Below the pieces are notes generated by a model, which did no database searches, had not been told where the DNA came from, and worked only from the letters and a program-made list of their open reading frames with translations. A program made the position numbers and the translations under genes. A stretch of DNA of 63,917 nt, counting the filler, from Lenisia limosa (Eukaryota > Protista > Breviatea), in the NCBI GenBank assembly GCA_001655205.1. It is 15 parts of 15 records of this genome, joined end to end, with 100 filler letters (N's around TTAATTAATTAA, not from the genome) between each part and the next. Parts side by side here need not be neighbours in the genome. Positions count along the whole stretch, not along the records: positions 58,655 to 60,626 come from LPNZ01003494.1; positions 60,727 to 62,642 come from LPNZ01003610.1; positions 62,743 to 63,917 come from LPNZ01008241.1; 12 more parts are not named here. The stretch is one strand, 5' to 3'. Shown in pieces: positions 58,750 to 63,917 of the stretch. Each line of letters opens with the position of its first letter. Position 1 is the first letter of the stretch.

Positions 58750-60626
58750 ACAGCAGCAGCCCCGTTGCGTGGCAGAAACATGGGACACGTGATATGTTCA
58801 AACGATCCGGTGCTGCGCACGGAATACTGCGACTTCGGGACCCTCCCAGTGGTACATTTTGTTGTATTTATGATATGATATATACTATATGAAGATTTTG
58901 GCTGAATTTCACAAAAAAAATAATTCTATTTGATTGATGTTTTATTTGGTTCCCAGACTGAAAGGAAGCCCTCCTGATATCAATATTTTATTCTCCAGGG
59001 TGTGCCAACACAGCTGTCGTGGTCTCATTTGGAGGCTACACGTCATCAGACACGGCAATAACAAGCCGGCGGTTTGTTGAGCAGCTTCCGAGCCGGTACA
59101 CTTCCGACCTCCTAGCTTCGGACGCCATTTCGGCTGGTGATCCTGATAGTTGGACCTTTGTTAATGTTGTGCGTGGGGTGAAGGATGGGTACACTTACAA
59201 TTTTTAAGGGTTATTGTTTTATTTTCTTTAAACCACAGTTCCTTTTTTACCACCAGGCTGACGGACCCGGTCCGCTCTCGGACGCCGTGTTCACCCAATT
59301 GCCCGCCAGTGTTGTTGCAAACCCTGAATTTGGTGGGAAAGGATAGTAGTTTGTACTGTTAACTGCACTTGTTGTGTATCATCAGTTTCCTGGTTTATCC
59401 TTTAGATAATGGCTTGGCTCTGAGTGGAGGGTTATCAGGCCCTGTCTCGGCGCATAACGATGTTTACGTTTTAACCGGTAAGCAACTTTCAGTTGTCAAC
59501 ATTATGTTTTGGAGCAAGCATATAAACAGGATCTTTTTTGTTGAAATCATACTCCAAGCAACTGCTTCTAATGCGACTGTACCGGGAAACTGTTCCCTGG
59601 CCACATGGAACCTGAAATGGACACTACTGCCCCCCGTCACGACCTTCTTCAACGTCTCTGAATCCGACCTTATGAAGGTAAGTACTTTTTTGTTCTGTAA
59701 TTCGAGTTAGGAGGAGTATTCAGATGTAGTTTCCTGATTAATCGAGAGATTTCATATGAGGAAGTAAGTGCTAACTGTCTTCAGCGAGCGTCGCATACAG
59801 CCAGTCTGCACGGGGGTGTTCTCTACATTCATAACGGCTGGGCTCCTGGTCATGCAATGCCGACTCTTACTGCCGCCTTCAGCTTCTGTGGGGGGTTGGG
59901 TAATATAATCAGAAATTCTTTTTTGGTACCTCGGTAAGAGTATTTTTATGAACTGAAGGGAAGGTATTGGGTGAGTTTTTAACCCATCCAGCCTCAATGC
60001 AATGGAGCCGTCTTCCGACTGCACCTCCACGGTTCAAAGGCGCGCGAGGAGTCTTGAAGGTTTGGAGAGCGTCAAATACACTATCATTTGGGTATTTTCG
60101 CTTATAAATGGTGAGATACCCAAGATCATCGTGAAATTCAATGGACATATGTAGAGAAGTACTCAGAACCAGGCCATCTGAGGAAATCATGAGATACTAT
60201 GTGACCATTCCATTTTAGTCTGAACTTCCTGGGGGCACGGTACACTTTGGAGGCTCTTCAGTTTTCCTCCAAGGCTCTTATCTTTCCGGTGGTTCACGAT
60301 CTGAGGCTTTTTTCTTGTCCAAATCTGGGACACAAGTGCCGCTACCAGAAGTTAAAGGTGGGCAGCTTGGATGAGAATATTGTTTTGTCGTACCTCATCA
60401 TCTAATCTTTTTTATATCTTTTTTATTCCACTGGTTATTGAGGTTTTGCAACTGATAACGTGTTGTTAGTTCAAAAACATTGATTTTGAAACATGTTTTG
60501 TGTCTTGTATGAAAGTTAAGAGATGGATTATTTTATTTCTCTGTTGAAACCTATCACTTCCTTTCTTCCTCTCCGTAAGGGATGCCGACAAGGGTCCAGA
60601 AAACGAGGATTGACGCGAGGATGTAG
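58750..60626 (+). CDS. Kelch/beta-propeller repeat protein, 5'-truncated
   Basis: Exons give ...KRSGAAHG..|GCANTAVVVSFGGY...DSWTFV, GLALSGGLSGPVSAHNDVYVL...WNLKWTLLP and QRASHTASLHGGVLYIHNGW...QWSRLP (Kelch-type R-x-x-H ... LY-I-x-GG ... W pattern). Putative TAG at 60624-60626. Confidence 0.65.
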
Positions 60627-60885
60627 NNNNNNNNNNNNNNNNNNNNNNNNNNNNNNNNNNNNNNNNNNNNTTAATTAATTAANNNNNNNNNNNNNNNNNN
60701 NNNNNNNNNNNNNNNNNNNNNNNNNNTATATAGAGGGAGAGAGAGAGAAAGGGGGAGAAAGAGCGAGTATGAGAGTGTGAGAGAAAGAGATTTGAGTGAG
60801 AGATGGGAACTAAACCGATACCAAAAATTATAGATAATATACACTCTAGCAAATGATGACAACTCTAGGTACCACTAGATCCAAC

Positions 60886-61452
60886 CGTATTAACCCGGAG
60901 CTCCCGGAAAGCTTTGATAAAGCACGAACCTATCAAAAAAACACATTGTTAACGAAATAGCGGTTAGATACCTCCATGAACCACCCTAACTCCCCCGAAT
61001 TCCAGCTCTTCCTTCCCCCGTCAAACCGAAACTCTTGACGACAGAACATCGATGAAGATATAGTCAAGGTTCAACCCGAGACACGTCACCCCCCTACGTG
61101 ATCAGTGGTTGTCGAAGCGTTCTCACGGAAGAGATGATGCTTACCGTTCATGGAGCGGCATGATCATCTTTGCCACCTCCAAAACAACGTTGCAGATGGA
61201 AAGCGGCGAGAGAGAGGTGCTTGAGCTGCATAAAGAAGCCGCAACCCCGCCAACAGGCTGGAAAGGTCACGGATGATCAACAGAACCAACCTCAAAGATT
61301 TGAATTATATCGAATTTATCGAGGTTCAACAGCATTGCTTCTTCGTAGAGAGGCGGGGAGACTTCAAAGTGGATCTCGTGGGTAGGAATTTGGTCGATGA
61401 GCGTCCACCAGTTGCAGTTTTCCAGGGCATTCTCGCTATTTAAGTCCTGCAA
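60886..61452 (-). CDS. Possible protein-kinase-like (pseudokinase) domain fragment
   Basis: In-phase splice ...LFLEVAKMIMPLHER|GVTCLGLNLDYIFID resembles subdomains VIa-VIb (LHxxGIxHRDLKxxNILxD) without HRD. Confidence 0.3.
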
Positions 61453-62310
61453 TGTACATAGGTCGTCGACACACGACGTAAACCAAAAGATGCAACACTC
61501 TGAGAGGAGTCAAAAGGCCGATGTGTCTTAATTACAGTCATTATTAACAAAACCCAACCCACCACCCTCGAGAAACCCTTCAAAAACGCAACCTTCATCG
61601 TTTTTCAAAAGAAGTGAGTGTAGGACTATTGTTTCTTTCACTTCCATAGTGCAATCTAACGTATTTCATAAATTCATACTAATTCCAGTGTTTATTTTTC
61701 AAAATAGGCAATTCTGAATAACTGAAAAAGATTGACTCGGTTTACGGATCAATCCGAGCCAATCCTCTTTTACTTGCCCTTCGCCCAAGTTCCCCTCCTT
61801 TCACGCACATCCGTTGGGATTTATCCTTTTTGCCTCTAGTTTGCGTTTTGAGGCCGGCAAAGAGCATTACTGAATTTGGCAACTTTTATCACGATCTTGT
61901 TTTAGGAATTAAGACAACGTTCGAACATTTCAACAAAAGGAACTAAGCAAAGAAGAGGTATGGATAGGAAAATTCATTTACATTACACCCCCCCCCCCTT
62001 CTCCTCTTGACTCACAGTACCACATTCGATTTCCTTTTTCTCCCCCTTCACCTCTTACAGGCTGTTAAACCCCTAATTCGCACCCCAGCCCCTAAACAAT
62101 TTCAGAAAACAATATGGAGTATGGAATACTGAGAATGTCCATGTAGCAAATGAAAAAGTACCTTTTTTGATTTATAACACTCAGTATCCACACGCTATCT
62201 ATACCCCCAGCAACCAAACAAAACAATGCCAGATATATAGACGCAAGGCGTATTTTCTTATCCCGAAGATACACTTACATACCATGCTCATGATAGCATC
62301 TCACCCTCAT

Positions 62311-62425
62311 GGGGTGCTGCAGAAGCGACTGGCTTGGGCTCTGTTTGTTTTGTTGTTATCAGACCTCTGTGTTGTCAGCCAACAGAGTTGATTTTGGCTT
62401 TTTTTGTTTCATAAATTTTCCAATT
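62311..62425 (+). repeat. Dispersed non-TIR element family D
   Basis: ggggtgctgcagaagcgact...gttgttatca...cagccaacagagttgattt...cataaattttccaatt. Homologous to 63482-63608 (-), with fragments at ~13281, ~44825 and ~58480. Confidence 0.8.
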
Positions 62426-63104
62426 TTTCTCACACCATCCCCCCACCCTCCAGCCCCTACAACTGCCCGTATAGATTGGGACTTAATTCACATACACATA
62501 GCAAAATCACACCCATTTAGTGTTCAATCATATCATGTTTATAATCGTCGTCAGCCAGCCGGATAGAGATGGTTTTTTTTTACCCAGTTCATATCCCCCA
62601 CCACTACAGATTCCCTATAAGGGACGCAAGATTGGATTCACANNNNNNNNNNNNNNNNNNNNNNNNNNNNNNNNNNNNNNNNNNNNTTAATTAATTAANN
62701 NNNNNNNNNNNNNNNNNNNNNNNNNNNNNNNNNNNNNNNNNNAAATGAAGAATATTGGCGTAAAGGTATAAATCTCGAAGCGAATAATCTGTGGGGGGGA
62801 GGGGGGTGTCAAGACAGAATATTTATGACAAAAAAAAAACACAAAAACACAAAAACACAAAAAAACAAAAACACACCCCGCATACCCAAAAATCCAAAGA
62901 TATTAAAGTTCAATATGTCTCCACCTTGGGTTTCCCTACGGTCCAAAAGACAGGTAAATTATCAATGTTTATCGAGAATTTATCGAGAAAATCAGTCTTT
63001 TTTCGGATCATAAGGAAGCTTTAACTATAAGAGAGTCCAGACACTGTCTACTGTCAACTGTAGGGGTCGTGGTCTACTTTCATTGTAAATAGTATTATAA
63101 ATAC

Positions 63105-63232
63105 CCCTTGTAAACGTGATGCTGTGGCAATTTCTGTCCAACATCATCCTCAACATCCCTTGTAAACGTGATGCTGTGGCAATTTCTGTCCAACATCATC
63201 CTCAACATCCCTTATAAACGTGATGCTGTGGC
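63105..63232. repeat. 52-bp tandem repeat (2.5 units)
   Basis: cccttgtaaacgtgatgctgtggc starts at 63105, 63157 and (one mismatch) 63209. Confidence 0.9.
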
Positions 63233-63481
63233 CAACTTGGCCCAACATTACCCGTGCCTCCGTGCATACCTGGAAGAGGGTCACACAATGCACGACACAG
63301 AACATCGAATACTGCCCTCGTGAAATCGGAGACCGTTGCAACTGTCTTAGGTACCAGGTGTTGGAGACTGTCTAAGACTCGTCGGCAGTTAAGAAGGGGT
63401 GGCAACTGCGAGGGAGGTAGGGTGAAAATGGAAACCCCCCCAAAAAAAATCAACTCTGTTGGCGAGAAAGGGGGGGAGTAC

Positions 63482-63608
63482 AATTGGAAAATTTATGAAA
63501 CAAAAAACAAAACCCCAAATCAACTCTGTTGGCTGATTACACACAAGGGTTGATAACAACAAAACAAATAAAGCACAGGCAAGTCGCTTCTGCATCCCAT
63601 CACTCCAG
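63482..63608 (-). repeat. Family D copy
   Basis: Reverse homolog of 62311-62425. Confidence 0.8.
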
Positions 63609-63857
63609 CGCACAACATGGATACCAAAATCAAAGATGTCTTAGGCATGATGGTGAAGAGACTCTTCCTTGTTTAGACTTGAACAAAACCCCAGAAAACC
63701 GTGTATTAACCCCCCAATTACTGTGCAATGCGAGGCGATGATCGTCGCAATTGCGAGGGAGTGCTGAAATATTAGAATAAGCAACGTATTTGGAGGACAA
63801 CAATAAAACGATATACCCATTACGATTAAACAAAAAATAAAAAAAAATGAGCCTCAA

Positions 63858-63917
63858 ATTATACCTCGGGAGTATTGTCAAGAATCTCCCATTATACCTC
63901 GGGAGTATTGTCAAGAA
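63858..63917. repeat. 33-bp tandem duplication (runs off the window end)
   Basis: attatacctcgggagtattgtcaagaa occurs at 63858 and 63891. Confidence 0.9.

Noticed and set aside
63105-63232. CRISPR array (also considered for 8325-8450, 12085-12140 and 37744-37841)
   Set aside because: The repeats are head-to-tail or have very short spacers. There are no unique 25-45-bp spacers and no cas genes, and the context is eukaryotic.

Overview
This window is not one contiguous locus. It is 15 draft-assembly scaffolds of an AT-rich, intron-rich eukaryote (probably a microbial eukaryote; lineage not assignable), joined by 14 identical artificial linkers (N44-TTAATTAATTAA-N44). Genes are split into many small GT-AG exons, so the ORF track mostly misses them. 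I rebuilt exons by hand, and unverified boundaries are approximate. Recognisable genes: tRNA-Glu(CTC); an LTA4H-like M1 aminopeptidase; DNA polymerase delta small subunit (POLD2); a complete A20/AN1 zinc-finger gene; a flavodoxin-fold/diflavin-reductase FMN domain; Kelch-repeat, LamG-like and coiled-coil proteins; a decayed pogo-type (DDE_1) transposase; and a possible pseudokinase. Non-coding DNA is rich in small dispersed repeats: three TA-flanked MITE families (A, B, E), a CACTA-ended mini-element, two non-TIR families (C, D) and a tRNA-like element. I found no CRISPR array, rRNA or prokaryotic system, and I cannot establish a new biological system. The best leads concern repeats and splice sites: an intronic minisatellite built from copies of its own exon/donor junction, repeat ends that coincide with donors or acceptors, and frequent GTGGG/G-run donors.
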